A stretch of DNA of 64,000 nucleotides. It comes from Candidatus Latescibacterota bacterium. Its GTDB lineage: Bacteria > Krumholzibacteriota > Krumholzibacteriia > WVZY01 > JAKEHA01. Position numbers and translations under genes: made by a program. Position 1 is the stretch's first letter. Each line of letters begins with the position of its first letter. The notes beneath the pieces are model-generated. The model saw nothing but the letters and a program-made list of their open reading frames with translations. It was not told the DNA's origin and searched no databases. Positions 1-10,413 of the stretch are shown one piece after another. The stretch covers positions 2,336,001 to 2,400,000 of the forward strand of contig OY970173.1 of NCBI GenBank assembly GCA_963707635.1. Reading direction: 5' to 3'.

Positions 1-1067
1 CGCGGGGCGCCCACGCGAGCCCGGAGGCCGAACACCTGTTCGGCCAGCTCGCGAATCCCGGCCAGCATCGCCGAGCCGCCGGTCAGCACCACCCCTGCGC
101 CGAGCGCGCCCTTGAGTCCGTTCGCCTCGATCTGCTGATCGATCAGCCCGAACAGCTCGGACACCCTCGGCTCGATGATCCCGCTCAATACCTGCCGCGC
201 CACCCGGCGCGCACCCCGCCCCACCACCTCGCCCACTTCGACGCTCTCCGTCCCGCCCACCAGCGTCGAGAGCGCGCACCCGTGCTCGACTTTGAGTCGC
301 TCGGCTTCGCGCGCGGACGTCCGCAGGCCGTAGGCGACGTCGCCGGTGATGTTGTGTCCGCCGAGGCCGATCACTCCGCTCGCCAGGACGCCGCATTCCG
401 ACACCAGCAGCACGTCGGTGGTTCCGCCGCCGATGTCGAGCACCATCGCGCCGAGCTCGCGCTCCTCTGCGGTCAGCACGGCGGTCGCCGACGCGAGCGG
501 TTCGAGCACGATCTCGCCCAGTTCCACGCCGGCGAGGGTCAGCGTTTTCGCCAGGTTGTCGAGCGCGGGGCGCGACGCCGTGACAACGTGCACGCGCGCC
601 TCCAGGCGCGCGCCAAACATGCCGGCAGGCTGTCGAATTCCCCGTTGGCTGTCAACGATAAACTCCTGCGGAAGGGTATGAATGATCTCGCGATCGTGTG
701 GCAAGGAAAACTTTCGCGCCGCGTCGAGGGCGCGCGCCACGTCGTCGGGAGCAATCTCCGTCTCCGCGTTCGTGATCGACACGACGCCGCGACTGTTCAT
801 GCTGCGGATGTGTTCGCCCGCGGCGCCGACGCTGTAGATGCGCGGAGACGTGCCCGCCATTCGCTCCGCGTCCGCGACCGCGGCGGCCACGCACGCGCCC
901 GCGCGCTCGATGTCGACCACCACTCCCTGGCGCAGTCCGTTGGACGGGGCGACCCCCACGCCGATGACGCGCAGTCCTCCGGCCGTCTCCTCGGCGACCA
1001 GCACCGCCACCTTCGTCGTCCCCATGTCGATCGCGCCGCGAAGTTTTCTCGGGTTCTTCATGATCAT
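1..1067 (-). CDS. ftsA: Cell division protein FtsA (3' end runs off the window)
   Basis: Not in the ORF track; manual translation from ATG 1067 gives MIMKNPRKLRGAIDMGTTKVAVLV...GLRQGVVVDIE...LDIGGGTTD...GVVLTGGSA. GGAGG RBS at 1076-1080. Follows ftsQ. Confidence 0.95.
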   Translation of the reverse strand, partial: MIMKNPRKLRGAIDMGTTKVAVLVAEETAGGLRVIGVGVAPSNGLRQGVVVDIERAGACVAAAVADAERMAGTSPRIYSVGAAGEHIRSMNSRGVVSITNAETEIAPDDVARALDAARKFSLPHDREIIHTLPQEFIVDSQRGIRQPAGMFGARLEARVHVVTASRPALDNLAKTLTLAGVELGEIVLEPLASATAVLTAEERELGAMVLDIGGGTTDVLLVSECGVLASGVIGLGGHNITGDVAYGLRTSAREAERLKVEHGCALSTLVGGTESVEVGEVVGRGARRVARQVLSGIIEPRVSELFGLIDQQIEANGLKGALGAGVVLTGGSAMLAGIRELAEQVFGLRARVGAP

Positions 1068-1110
1068 CCGGTCCGCCTCCTTGCAACCTCTTCCCCATCC
1101 GTGGCCGCGC

Positions 1111-1881
1111 CTAGATATCGGCGCGCAATACGACCTGGTTTTCGAATCTCAAGTCGATCAGCCGCGTGAGATCCGCCCGGCCGGCCAACGCCTCCCGCAG
1201 CAGGAAGAACTTGCGCAGGCGCTTCTCGAACTCGCCATCGCCCAGGAGCAGCACGCGGTCGTCCCGGAGCGACCGGATCGAAAGCCCGGTGGCGGTCACC
1301 CGCACCTCGGAAATATCGGCGGCGAACTCGCCCCCGAAGCGGCGGCAGACGCTCAACGCTTCGAGCGCCCCGCGCACCTGCGGGTCCTCGCACACGTGTC
1401 CGGCGCGCACGCCGCGCGAGGAGACCCCGGTAATGGTGGGGAGATCGAGCAGAGCGGTGAACTCGTCGGCGGGCATCACCATCGCGTCCTCGTCGATCTC
1501 GAAGAATCGATCCGTGAACACCAGCGCCACCGGCTCCCGCTCGACGATCGTGCACGTCACCCGGTTGGGCAGTACCCGGCGGCTCGACGCGCTGGCGATG
1601 CGCGGGTGCGCCTCCAGCCGAGACTCGACCACGTCGATCGGGGCCAGGAAGATGTTCTGGCCCGCGAGGTCCGCGACCAGGGCCTCCACGTCGTCGCGGT
1701 CGACGCGCGAGAGGCCCGTCAGCTCGACTTTGCCCACCGCGAACCTCGCGGAGGTGGTCGCATAGTTGTACAGGTACATCGATGCGACGATGAGAACGCC
1801 GACGATGAACACCGCGATGACCCGGCGCGCGCGCGCACGGATCGCCGAGGCGTGGTCCTTGCCTTTGCTAGCGATTGCCAA
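1111..1881 (-). CDS. ftsQ: Cell division protein FtsQ/DivIB (POTRA domain)
   Basis: N-terminal TM, POTRA-like segment (F.V..V..G...V...V, HPRIASASSRRVLPNRV...ERE.P), C-terminal IDLRFENQVV; lies between murB and ftsA. Confidence 0.9.
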   Translation of the reverse strand: MAIASKGKDHASAIRARARRVIAVFIVGVLIVASMYLYNYATTSARFAVGKVELTGLSRVDRDDVEALVADLAGQNIFLAPIDVVESRLEAHPRIASASSRRVLPNRVTCTIVEREPVALVFTDRFFEIDEDAMVMPADEFTALLDLPTITGVSSRGVRAGHVCEDPQVRGALEALSVCRRFGGEFAADISEVRVTATGLSIRSLRDDRVLLLGDGEFEKRLRKFFLLREALAGRADLTRLIDLRFENQVVLRADI

Positions 1882-2782
1882 CGACGATCACCTCCGTCTT
1901 GAGTTCGACTCCGTACCTCTGCTTGACTTCCGACTTCGCCGTCTCGATCAGCGCCTCGACGTCCGCCGCCGTCGCCCGGCCGTCCACATTAATGATGAAA
2001 TTCGCGTGCAGCTCGGAGATCATCGCGTCCCCGATGCGCTTTCCCTTGAGGCCGCAGCCCTCGATCATCTCGGCCGCGTAGCGGCCGGGCGGGTTGACGA
2101 AGGTGCTGCCGAAGCTCCGCTCCCAGATCGGCTGGGTTTGCTTGCGCCCGATCGACCGGTCGTAGACGTCCTGGCGAATCTTTCCGGGCGCGCAGCGAAA
2201 CGTCGCCGCGACGATTACCGCGCCGGGGTCGATGCTGGTGCGCCGGTACGAGAACACGATCTCGCTCGCCCGCAGCGCCCGGGACCGGCCCGCCGGGTCC
2301 ACGATCCGCACCCGGGTCAGCACGTCGGCCACTTCCCCTCCGAACGCCCCCGCGTTCATGCGCACCGCGCCGCCCACCGACCCCGGGATCCCGATGCCGA
2401 ACTCGAGTCCGGAACGACCCTGCTTGGTCATCTTCCGGGCCAGCGCCGCAAACGAGGCTCCCCCCTCCGCGAACACGGTGGCCTGGTTCACGCGCACGCG
2501 CGTCATGTGCTCGGAGAGCTTGATCACCACTCCTTCGTAACCGCTATCCCGCACGATCAGGTTCGAACCCTTGCCGACCGACAGGTACGGAACTCCGTTC
2601 GCCGCCGCGCAGCGCACGATACTGGCCACTTCGGCGCTCGAGCGCGGGAGTGCCATCACCCGCGCGGGGCCGCCGACCCCGATGGTGGTGTGGCGCGCCA
2701 TCGGTTCGTCGACGCGCAGCCGCTCCCCGAGCACGCGACCCAGCTGTGTCACCACCTTCGCCCACGATGCCGCGGAACCCAC
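1868..2782 (-). CDS. murB: UDP-N-acetylenolpyruvoylglucosamine reductase
   Basis: HTTIGVGGPA, GKGSNLIV, GIPGSVGGAVRMNAGA, GSTFVNP, HANFIIN, ELKTEV motifs. Confidence 0.96.
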   Translation of the reverse strand: MGSAASWAKVVTQLGRVLGERLRVDEPMARHTTIGVGGPARVMALPRSSAEVASIVRCAAANGVPYLSVGKGSNLIVRDSGYEGVVIKLSEHMTRVRVNQATVFAEGGASFAALARKMTKQGRSGLEFGIGIPGSVGGAVRMNAGAFGGEVADVLTRVRIVDPAGRSRALRASEIVFSYRRTSIDPGAVIVAATFRCAPGKIRQDVYDRSIGRKQTQPIWERSFGSTFVNPPGRYAAEMIEGCGLKGKRIGDAMISELHANFIINVDGRATAADVEALIETAKSEVKQRYGVELKTEVIVVGNR

Positions 2783-2785
2783 CGA

Positions 2786-4180
2786 TCATCCCTTGCTCTC
2801 GGCGGCGGTCGCGAGTCGCGCGAGCAGCTTCTCGCCCGCCCGGTAGATGTCGCCCGCGCCCATGGTGATCACCATGTCGCCCTCGCGCAGCTCCGCGCAC
2901 GCCCGGTCGAGCAACTCGTCCAGCGAGCGCACGTGCTCGACCGCCACCTTTCCGTGCGCGCGCACCCGATCGACGATGGTGAGCGCGCTCACCCCGGGGA
3001 TCGGCTTCTCCCCCGCGGCGTAGATGTCGGTGACGAACACCTTGTGCGCCCCGTCGAAGCAGCGCGCGAACTGGTCGGCAACCGATTGCGTGCGCGAGAA
3101 GCGGTGCGGCTGAAACAGCACGAACAGCCGCCGGCGATAGCTCGCGAGCGCCGCCTGGATGGTCGCCGCCACCTCGGTCGGGTGGTGGCCGTAGTCGTCG
3201 ATCACCAGCACGCCGCCGACCTCGCCCTTGACCTCGAAGCGCCGGCCGACGCCCTGCCACTGCTCGAGCCCCACCCGGACCTGCTCGAAGGGAATGTCGA
3301 GCCAGCGTCCGGCCGCAACCGCGGCAAGCGCGTTGCGCGCGTAGTGGTCCCCGGGGATGTGGAGCGTCACCTCGCCGAGCACGCCGTGGCCGTCCGCTAC
3401 CGAGAACCGCGTCCAGCCCGGGCCGCGCTCCAGCACGCGCCCGCACAGATCGGCGCTGCCGCCGAGCGAATACGTCACCTTGCGGCGCGCGATGCGCTCC
3501 GAGATCGCCATGGTGCGGGCGTCGTCCGCGCACAGGATCACCGCGCCGTAGAACGGGACCCGGTTCGCGTACGCCACGAACGCCGCTTCGATTGCCGCCA
3601 AATCGGGATAGAAGTCCAGGTGCTCGAGATCGATGTTGGTGATGACCGCCACCGAGGACGGCAGGTTGACGAACTGGCCGTCGCTCTCGTCCGCCTCCGC
3701 CACCACGTAGCGGCTTCCGCCCAGGCGAGCGTTGCTGGAGAGCGCGCGCACCTTGCCGCCGACGATCACGGTCGGGTCGAGTCCGCCCTGCGCGAGCACG
3801 GACGCGATCAGCGACGTGGTCGAGGTCTTGCCGTGCGCGCCCGCGACGGTCACGGCGTACTTGAGGCGCATGAGCTCGGCGAGCATTTCGCCGCGCGGGA
3901 TGGTCGGGATCCCCTGCCGGCGGGCCGCGGCGAGCTCGGGGTTGTCGGGCGTCACCGCGCTCGAATACACCACCACGTCCGCCCCCGCGATGTGGTCCCC
4001 GTCGTGCCCGGCCCAGATCGCCGCCCCCATCGCCTGCAGTCGCTCGGTCAGCTCGGACCCCTTCAGGTCGGAGCCGCTCACGTCGAAACCCAGGTTGAGC
4101 AGCACTTCGGCGATACCGCTCATCCCGATCCCGCCGATGCCGACGAAATGGACGCGCCTGGTTCGACCGAGAAAGACCAT
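2786..4180 (-). CDS. murC: UDP-N-acetylmuramate--L-alanine ligase
   Basis: HFVGIGGIGMSGIA, GAHGKTSTT, EADESDG, DDYGHHPTE, FQPHRFSRT. Confidence 0.97.
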   Translation of the reverse strand: MVFLGRTRRVHFVGIGGIGMSGIAEVLLNLGFDVSGSDLKGSELTERLQAMGAAIWAGHDGDHIAGADVVVYSSAVTPDNPELAAARRQGIPTIPRGEMLAELMRLKYAVTVAGAHGKTSTTSLIASVLAQGGLDPTVIVGGKVRALSSNARLGGSRYVVAEADESDGQFVNLPSSVAVITNIDLEHLDFYPDLAAIEAAFVAYANRVPFYGAVILCADDARTMAISERIARRKVTYSLGGSADLCGRVLERGPGWTRFSVADGHGVLGEVTLHIPGDHYARNALAAVAAGRWLDIPFEQVRVGLEQWQGVGRRFEVKGEVGGVLVIDDYGHHPTEVAATIQAALASYRRRLFVLFQPHRFSRTQSVADQFARCFDGAHKVFVTDIYAAGEKPIPGVSALTIVDRVRAHGKVAVEHVRSLDELLDRACAELREGDMVITMGAGDIYRAGEKLLARLATAAESKG

Positions 4181-4198
4181 TTCAACCTTTCGCGCCGC

Positions 4199-5323
4199 TT
4201 ACGCCGCGAGCCTCACGAGCTCTTTTTTTTTAGCCGTCTCTACGATCGCGTCCGCCGCGCGCGCGGCCGCGTCCGGTTTCGCCCACTGCCGCATCGCGCG
4301 CGCCATCGCCGCGAGCCGCTCCGGGCGGTCGAGCATCGCTTCCAGCTGCTGCGCGAGGCGCGCGCCGTCCAGGTCGGCGTCGAGCACCATCTCGGCCGCC
4401 CCCGCCGTCACCAGCGGTTGCGCGTTACGACGCTGGTGGTCGTCCGCCGCGTACGGGTAGGGCACAAACACGGCCGGGACCCCGAACTGCGCGAGCTCGA
4501 ACACGCACGAGGCGCCGGAGCGCGCGACGGCCACGTCGGCGACGGCGTACGCCAGTTGCACGTCGTCGAGGTACTCGAACACGCGCACGCGCGACGCCAC
4601 CCCCGCTACCCGCCGCTCGACCTCCGCGCGATCGGCCGCCCCGCACAGGATCACGAACTGCACCTCGCGCGAGGACGCCAGCAGCGCCGCCGCGTCCGCG
4701 CCGGCCAAATTGAGCGAGTGTGCGCCGCGGCTCCCGCCGATCACCAGCACGGTCGTCGCGTTGGCGTCGAGCTGGAGTCGGGACGCCGCCGCCGGGCGGG
4801 TCGCGGCCGGCATGCGCCGAATCGGATTGCCCACGACGCGCGTGGCCGTGGACGCCGGCAGCCACGCGCGGGACTCCTCGTACCCGAGCAGCACGAGGTC
4901 CGCGAAGCGCGCGAGACGGCGATTGACCAGCCCGGGAACGCTGTTCTGCTCCTGCAGCACGCGCGGGATGCGAAGCAGCACCGACGCCACCACCACCGCC
5001 GCGCTGGCGAACCCGCCCGTGCCGAGCACGACGTCGGGACGAAACTTCCGCAGCACCGCCACCGCGCGCCCGACCCCCGCGCCGAAGACCAGGGGGGCAG
5101 CGGCTTTGCGCGCCAGCGACGCGCGGCGCAGCCCGTAGCCCGGGAGCAGGGTGTAGCGCATACCCGCGCGCTCGAGGATGCGCTGTTCGACTCCGCCGCG
5201 CGCGCCGACGAACAACGCGTCGGTGTCCGCCCGCTCGCGCAACGCCTCGACCACCGCGACGCCGGGGTAGACGTGTCCGCCGGTGCCTCCACCCGCCACG
5301 ACGATGCGCACGCTTTCGGTCAT
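4199..5323 (-). CDS. murG: Lipid II GlcNAc transferase MurG
   Basis: AGGGTGGHVYP, EQNSVPG, GNPIR, GGSRGA, HQRRNA; true start is ATG 5323 overlapping the ftsW stop. Confidence 0.96.
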   Translation of the reverse strand: MTESVRIVVAGGGTGGHVYPGVAVVEALRERADTDALFVGARGGVEQRILERAGMRYTLLPGYGLRRASLARKAAAPLVFGAGVGRAVAVLRKFRPDVVLGTGGFASAAVVVASVLLRIPRVLQEQNSVPGLVNRRLARFADLVLLGYEESRAWLPASTATRVVGNPIRRMPAATRPAAASRLQLDANATTVLVIGGSRGAHSLNLAGADAAALLASSREVQFVILCGAADRAEVERRVAGVASRVRVFEYLDDVQLAYAVADVAVARSGASCVFELAQFGVPAVFVPYPYAADDHQRRNAQPLVTAGAAEMVLDADLDGARLAQQLEAMLDRPERLAAMARAMRQWAKPDAAARAADAIVETAKKKELVRLAA

Positions 5324-6534
5324 GAATCCCACTTCATCGCCGCCGGCGCGTAGCTGGCCCACTTCGACCGGGCCGGTCGCGCGCTCCGGGCGCGGCGGCG
5401 CGACAGGTTCAGCAGTACGCCCACGCCGAACGCGTTGACGACCAGGGCAGATCCCCCGTAGCTCAAGAACGGCAGCGGCAATCCGGTCACGGGGAACATC
5501 CCGGTGGCCACGAACATGTTGAGGGTCGCATAGACGAAAACCGACGACGCGATTCCGACGCCGAGGAGCTGGCCGAAACGGTCGCTGCACTCGGACGCGA
5601 TCTTCAGCCCGCGCAGCGCGAGCACCAGGAAGGCCCCGCTGACCAGGACGGTGAGCAGCAGCCCCCCCTCCTCACCCACGATGGAAAAAATGAAATCGGT
5701 GTAGGCGTCGGGCAGCCAGTTGAGCTTCTGCTCGCTGTTGCCGAACCCCCGCCCGAACACGCCGCCGGAGCCGAACGCGATCAACGACTGGTCGACCTGC
5801 CAGTTCAGCGTCGATCCGACGGACTGGCCGACGCCGAGAAACGCGAGAATACGGTCGCGAACGTAGGGGTGCCGAATCACCTCCACGGTGGCGAGAGACG
5901 CCCCCAGACCCACGAAGCCGAGAATGTGCGCCAGGCGCGCGCCGCCCACGTAGAGCATCACCAGCGAGATCGCTACCGTGGCGGCCGCGGTGCCGAAGTT
6001 GGGCATCGCGGCGATGACGCCGGCCACCAGCGCGACCGCGGCGGCGGCGGGCAGGAACCCCCGGCGAAATCGAGTGAAGTCCTTGCCCGACCGCGTGACC
6101 CAGTACGCGAGAAAGAACACCAGCGCGGTGCGCGCGATCTCCGACGGCTGTAGCGTCGTGTTGATGAGCGGAAGCAGGTACCACCGGCGCGTATCCCGGA
6201 TCGTGATGCCGAAGAGGAACACGCCGATCATGAGGACCACACCCACCACCAGCAGCATGGGCGCGGCCTTGCGATACACCCGGTAATCGACCCGCGACGC
6301 GAGAAACAGCACCACCACGGCGACCAGGCAGCGCGTGGCGTGGTTGCGCATCAGCACGAACTGGTCGCCGAACTTGCCGCCCGCGAAGAACGAGCTCGAC
6401 GACAGCACCAGGCTCACGCCGATCGCCATCAGGAACAGGGTGATGACCAGGATGCGCCGGTCCATCCCCATGTCGAGCAGCCGCGCGCCGGCGGACTCGG
6501 TCTCGGCTGGGTGGGGGCGGGGATCGTGCTGCAT
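5320..6534 (-). CDS. ftsW: Peptidoglycan polymerase FtsW (SEDS family)
   Basis: Multi-TM protein, LQPSEIA, LPDAYTDFIFSIVGEE, PVTGLPLPFLSYGGS. Confidence 0.95.
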   Translation of the reverse strand: MQHDPRPHPAETESAGARLLDMGMDRRILVITLFLMAIGVSLVLSSSSFFAGGKFGDQFVLMRNHATRCLVAVVVLFLASRVDYRVYRKAAPMLLVVGVVLMIGVFLFGITIRDTRRWYLLPLINTTLQPSEIARTALVFFLAYWVTRSGKDFTRFRRGFLPAAAAVALVAGVIAAMPNFGTAAATVAISLVMLYVGGARLAHILGFVGLGASLATVEVIRHPYVRDRILAFLGVGQSVGSTLNWQVDQSLIAFGSGGVFGRGFGNSEQKLNWLPDAYTDFIFSIVGEEGGLLLTVLVSGAFLVLALRGLKIASECSDRFGQLLGVGIASSVFVYATLNMFVATGMFPVTGLPLPFLSYGGSALVVNAFGVGVLLNLSRRRARSARPARSKWASYAPAAMKWDS

Positions 6535-6543
6535 CGCTTCCTC

Positions 6544-7902
6544 CTAGAGGGCGTTGACGCTCGCCCGGAATACTTCGCCGCGCTCCTGATAGTTCTTGAA
6601 CATGTCGAAGCTCGCGCACGCCGGCGCGAGCAGAACCGTATCCCCCGCCCGCGCCGCGCTGCGCGCCCGCTGCACCGCGTCGCGCAGATCGAGCGCGTCG
6701 ACCAGCTCGCACGCGCCCGCGAGCGCGCGGCGGATGACCCCCTTGGCCTCCCCGATCAGCACCGCGCAACGGACCCGGCCGAGGTGCGGCGTGAGCGCGG
6801 AGAAGTCCCCTTCCTTGTCGCGTCCGCCCAGGATCACGATCGCCGGCCCCTCCACGCTCATCAGGCTCTTCACGGTCGCGTCCACGTTGGTCGCCTTCGA
6901 ATCGTTCACGTACGCCACCCCGTCGACCACCCGCACCAGTTCCATGCGGTGCGGGAGCGGGCGGTACGCGCGCAGCGCCGCGCGCATCGCGTCCAGCGGC
7001 ACGCCCAGCGCGGTGGCCGCGCCGATCGAAGCCAGCGCGTTCTCGAGGTTGTGCACGCCGATCGGCGAGAATTCGCGGCGGCGAATCACCTCCTCGCGCC
7101 GGCCCTTCCAGGAACGAACCAGCGCGTCGTTTTCAAACCCGACTCCGTCGGGCAGCGCCCGGCGCGAGCTGAACGGAATCGCCACCACCCGGTGCCGGTC
7201 CGCGACCGCGCGGGCGACCTCGTCGTCCGTGTTGTACACGTACGCAGTATCGGGCGTCGCCCGGTTCAGGATCCGTTCCTTCGACGCCGCGTACTCCGCG
7301 AACGAATGGTGGTAGCGGTCGAGGTGGTCCGGCGTGACGTTGAGCAGCACGGCGACGTCGACCCGGAATTCGTCGATGGTGTCGAGCTGGAAGCTGGACA
7401 GCTCCAGCACGAGCGTGTGCGGGTCACGCTCGCGCAGCACCTCGGCCAGCGGCGTGCCGACATTTCCGGCCACCACCGCGTCGACGCCGGCCGCCTCCAG
7501 GATGCCCCCGATCACCCCGACGGTCGTCGATTTCCCGTTGGTGCCGGTGACGCCGACGATGCGCGCGCGGGTGAAATGACAGGCGGCTTCGATCTCACCG
7601 ATGACCGGTACGCGCGCCGCGCGCGCGCGCACGACCAGCCGGTGGTCGAGCGAGATGCCGGGGCTCACCACCACGCAGTCGCTCTCGACGGCCGCCTTCT
7701 CCGCGTCGGCCGCGGACGCGACCGCGATCCGGTCCTGGAACGACGTCGCCGCGCCCGAGGCGCGGAAGCGCGCGAGCGCGTCGCCGTCGTCGTCGAACAC
7801 GGTCAGCGAACGGCCGTCGGCCGCGAGCAGGGCACTGATCGCGGCCCCGCTGCGCGCCATGCCGAGCACGAAGAAACGACGATATTCCGCGAAGCGTGCC
7901 AT
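6544..7902 (-). CDS. murD: UDP-N-acetylmuramoyl-L-alanine--D-glutamate ligase
   Basis: VVSPGI, GVTGTNGKSTT, LELSSFQL, NDSKATN, APACASFDMFKNYQERG. Confidence 0.97.
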   Translation of the reverse strand: MARFAEYRRFFVLGMARSGAAISALLAADGRSLTVFDDDGDALARFRASGAATSFQDRIAVASAADAEKAAVESDCVVVSPGISLDHRLVVRARAARVPVIGEIEAACHFTRARIVGVTGTNGKSTTVGVIGGILEAAGVDAVVAGNVGTPLAEVLRERDPHTLVLELSSFQLDTIDEFRVDVAVLLNVTPDHLDRYHHSFAEYAASKERILNRATPDTAYVYNTDDEVARAVADRHRVVAIPFSSRRALPDGVGFENDALVRSWKGRREEVIRRREFSPIGVHNLENALASIGAATALGVPLDAMRAALRAYRPLPHRMELVRVVDGVAYVNDSKATNVDATVKSLMSVEGPAIVILGGRDKEGDFSALTPHLGRVRCAVLIGEAKGVIRRALAGACELVDALDLRDAVQRARSAARAGDTVLLAPACASFDMFKNYQERGEVFRASVNAL

Positions 7903-7908
7903 CGCTCT

Positions 7909-8994
7909 TTACTGCAGCTTGAGCGTGCTCAATCCGAGCAGCACCAGGAGCGCTCCCACGATCCAGAAGCGCACCACGACCTTGTTCTCGTGCCAGCCGG
8001 ACAACTCGAAGTGATGGTGGAGCGGCGCCATCTTGAACACGCGCCGCTTGGTGAGCTTGAAGGACGCCACCTGGATGATGACGCTCAACGCCTCGGCCAC
8101 GAACAACCCGCCGATGACGACCAGCAGCAGCTCGCGCTTGAGGAGCACGGCGACCGCGCCCAGCGTGCCGCCCAGCGAGAGCGACCCCGTGTCGCCCATG
8201 AATACCTGCGCCGGGTGCGCGTTGTACCAGAGGAATCCAAGCGACGCGCCGACCGCGGCCATGCAGTACACCGCCAGCTCCCCGCTCCCGTCGAGGTACA
8301 TGATATTGAGGTAGTCGGAGAAGCCGCGGTGTCCGCTCAAGTACGCGAGCCCCGCGAACGCGAGAAACGCGAAGGCGGAGAGCCCGATCGCGAGCCCGTC
8401 GATCCCGTCGGCCAGGTTCACCGCGTTGCTGGTTCCGGTCACCACCAGCGCGACCAGCAGGATGAACAGCGGCCCGAAGTTGATGAACAGGCCCTTCGCG
8501 AACGGGATGCTGGTGAGCGACCCGGCGTCCTTCGCCAGCGGGCTCCAGTAGAGCAGCGCGCCGAGGGAGAGCCCCAGCACCATCTGGCCGATCAGCTTGT
8601 AACGCCCGACCAGCCCCTTCGGGCGCCGCTTCACCACGCGCAGATAGTCGTCCAGAAATCCGATCGCGCCCGTCCACACGGTGGTGACCAGCGCGATCTG
8701 GACGTAGCGGTTGGCGAGGTTGCACCACAGGAGCGACGGCACCACGATCGCGGTCAAGATGAGCACGCCTCCCATCGTTGGCGTGCCCGCCTTGGCGTGG
8801 TGCGTCTTGGGCCCGTCATCGCGGATCACCTGGAACATCTGGATCCGCGCCAGCAACCGAATCAGCGCCGGCCCGAGCAGGAAGCTGATCAGGAGTGCGG
8901 TCACCATCGCGTACGCCGACCGGAAGGTGATGTACCGGAAGACGTTGAACGCCGATATCTCGGTGTGCAGCGGATAGAGCAGGTGATACAGCAT
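7909..8994 (-). CDS. mraY: Phospho-N-acetylmuramoyl-pentapeptide transferase
   Basis: KAGTPTMGG, GFLDDY, NAVNLADGIDGL, FMGDTGS, MAPLHHHFE. Confidence 0.98.
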   Translation of the reverse strand: MLYHLLYPLHTEISAFNVFRYITFRSAYAMVTALLISFLLGPALIRLLARIQMFQVIRDDGPKTHHAKAGTPTMGGVLILTAIVVPSLLWCNLANRYVQIALVTTVWTGAIGFLDDYLRVVKRRPKGLVGRYKLIGQMVLGLSLGALLYWSPLAKDAGSLTSIPFAKGLFINFGPLFILLVALVVTGTSNAVNLADGIDGLAIGLSAFAFLAFAGLAYLSGHRGFSDYLNIMYLDGSGELAVYCMAAVGASLGFLWYNAHPAQVFMGDTGSLSLGGTLGAVAVLLKRELLLVVIGGLFVAEALSVIIQVASFKLTKRRVFKMAPLHHHFELSGWHENKVVVRFWIVGALLVLLGLSTLKLQ

Positions 8995-9009
8995 CGAGTT
9001 TCCCCCGAA

Positions 9010-10413
9010 TCAGTTCTTGCTGCCGAGGCCATTCACCACGGCGGCCACCAGTTCGTCGAGCCGACACGCGCGCGACGCCTTTACCAGCACCACATCGCCC
9101 GCGCCCAGCTCCGCGAGCACGACGGCGACGAGCGGCTCGAGCCGCGCGTGCACCTCGACGCGCAGGCCCGGACGCGCGGCGGCGGCGGCGGCACGAACGG
9201 TTTCTCCCTGCTCTCCGAGCCAGAACACCCGGTCGATCTTGTTCGCCCCGAGCTCGGCGCCGATGGCGCGGTGCAGCGGTGCGGTCTCGTCGCCGAGCTC
9301 CTTCATGTCACCCAGCACGGCGACCCGGCGCCGCGCGGGGAGTGCGGCGAGCATGGCCAGCGACCGGCTCATGCTGGCGGGGCTCGCGTTGTACGATTCG
9401 TCGACCAGGGTGACACCGGCGAGCGCATGGATGCGCCCGCGGCCGGGCATGGGCCGCACGGACGACAGCGCCTCGCGCATGCGTTTCGCGTCGACGCCGC
9501 AGACGTCTCCGACGGCGAACGCGGCGCACGCGTTGAGGGCGTTGTAGTCGCCGAGCGCCGACAGGCTCAGGGGCTCGCCGTTCACGGTGAACGCGAGCCC
9601 CCCGTTTGCGAACGCGACGTTCGCGAGCCGAAAATCGGCCGCCGGCGAGCGGCCGAAGCTGGACACCTTTCCCTGCACGATGGCGCCAAGCTTCTCGAAA
9701 TACTCGTCGTCGCGCGGCAGGACCGCGCTCCCGCCCCGCGCGAGATGCGCGAGCAGCGAACCCTTCTCCGCCGCGATGGCGGCGCGCGACCCGAAATAGC
9801 CGATGTGGGCGTCACCGATGTTGGTGACGAGGGCGACGTCGGGGCGAAGCAGCCCTGCGAGCGCGTCGATTTCGCCGCGCTGGTTGGCCCCCACTTCACA
9901 CACCAGGTACTGGCAGTGCTCGTCCGCCCCGAGGACGGTCACGGGGACGCCGACCAGGCTGTTGAAATTCCCGGGATTCGCGTGCACACGGAACTTGGAT
10001 TTCAGCACGGCGCGCACGTACTCCTTGGTGGTGGTCTTGCCGCTGCTCCCCGTCACCGCCACCACGCGCGCGCCCAGGTGCGTCCGGTAGGCGCGCGCCA
10101 GCTCCGTCAGCGCGACGCGCGTATCGCTCACCAGGAACGCGGGTGCACCGCGCGCGTCCAGGTCGTCCATGGTCGCCGCGTCGGATACCACGAGGGCGGG
10201 ACTGCCGGCCCCGAACGCCGCCGCCGCGTGCAAGTGTCCGTCGGTGCGTTCTCCCACCAGCGCGAAGAAGATCCGGCCGGCGCAGTCCGCGCGGCTGTCG
10301 ATGGCGGCACCCGACCACGGCGCGCCCGCCGCGCCCGCGGGCAGGCTCGCGCGCCGGAGCACGCGGGCCGACTCGAGGGCGTCGCGCACCCATTCCAGAC
10401 TGCGCACGTTCAC
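9010..10413 (-). CDS. murF: UDP-N-acetylmuramoyl-tripeptide--D-Ala-D-Ala ligase
   Basis: IDSR, VTGSSGKTTTKE, NFNSLVGVP, DESYNASPASM, LGDMKELG, VKASR; start is GTG 10413 (GTGA overlap with murE stop) or ATG 10425. Confidence 0.95.
   Translation of the reverse strand: MNVRSLEWVRDALESARVLRRASLPAGAAGAPWSGAAIDSRADCAGRIFFALVGERTDGHLHAAAAFGAGSPALVVSDAATMDDLDARGAPAFLVSDTRVALTELARAYRTHLGARVVAVTGSSGKTTTKEYVRAVLKSKFRVHANPGNFNSLVGVPVTVLGADEHCQYLVCEVGANQRGEIDALAGLLRPDVALVTNIGDAHIGYFGSRAAIAAEKGSLLAHLARGGSAVLPRDDEYFEKLGAIVQGKVSSFGRSPAADFRLANVAFANGGLAFTVNGEPLSLSALGDYNALNACAAFAVGDVCGVDAKRMREALSSVRPMPGRGRIHALAGVTLVDESYNASPASMSRSLAMLAALPARRRVAVLGDMKELGDETAPLHRAIGAELGANKIDRVFWLGEQGETVRAAAAAARPGLRVEVHARLEPLVAVVLAELGAGDVVLVKASRACRLDELVAAVVNGLGSKN

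Noticed and set aside
4222..4231. Poly-T run near the murG 3' end as a phase-variation tract
   Set aside because: Encodes the Lys-rich tail (AKKKE) a few codons before the stop of an essential gene; the frame is intact
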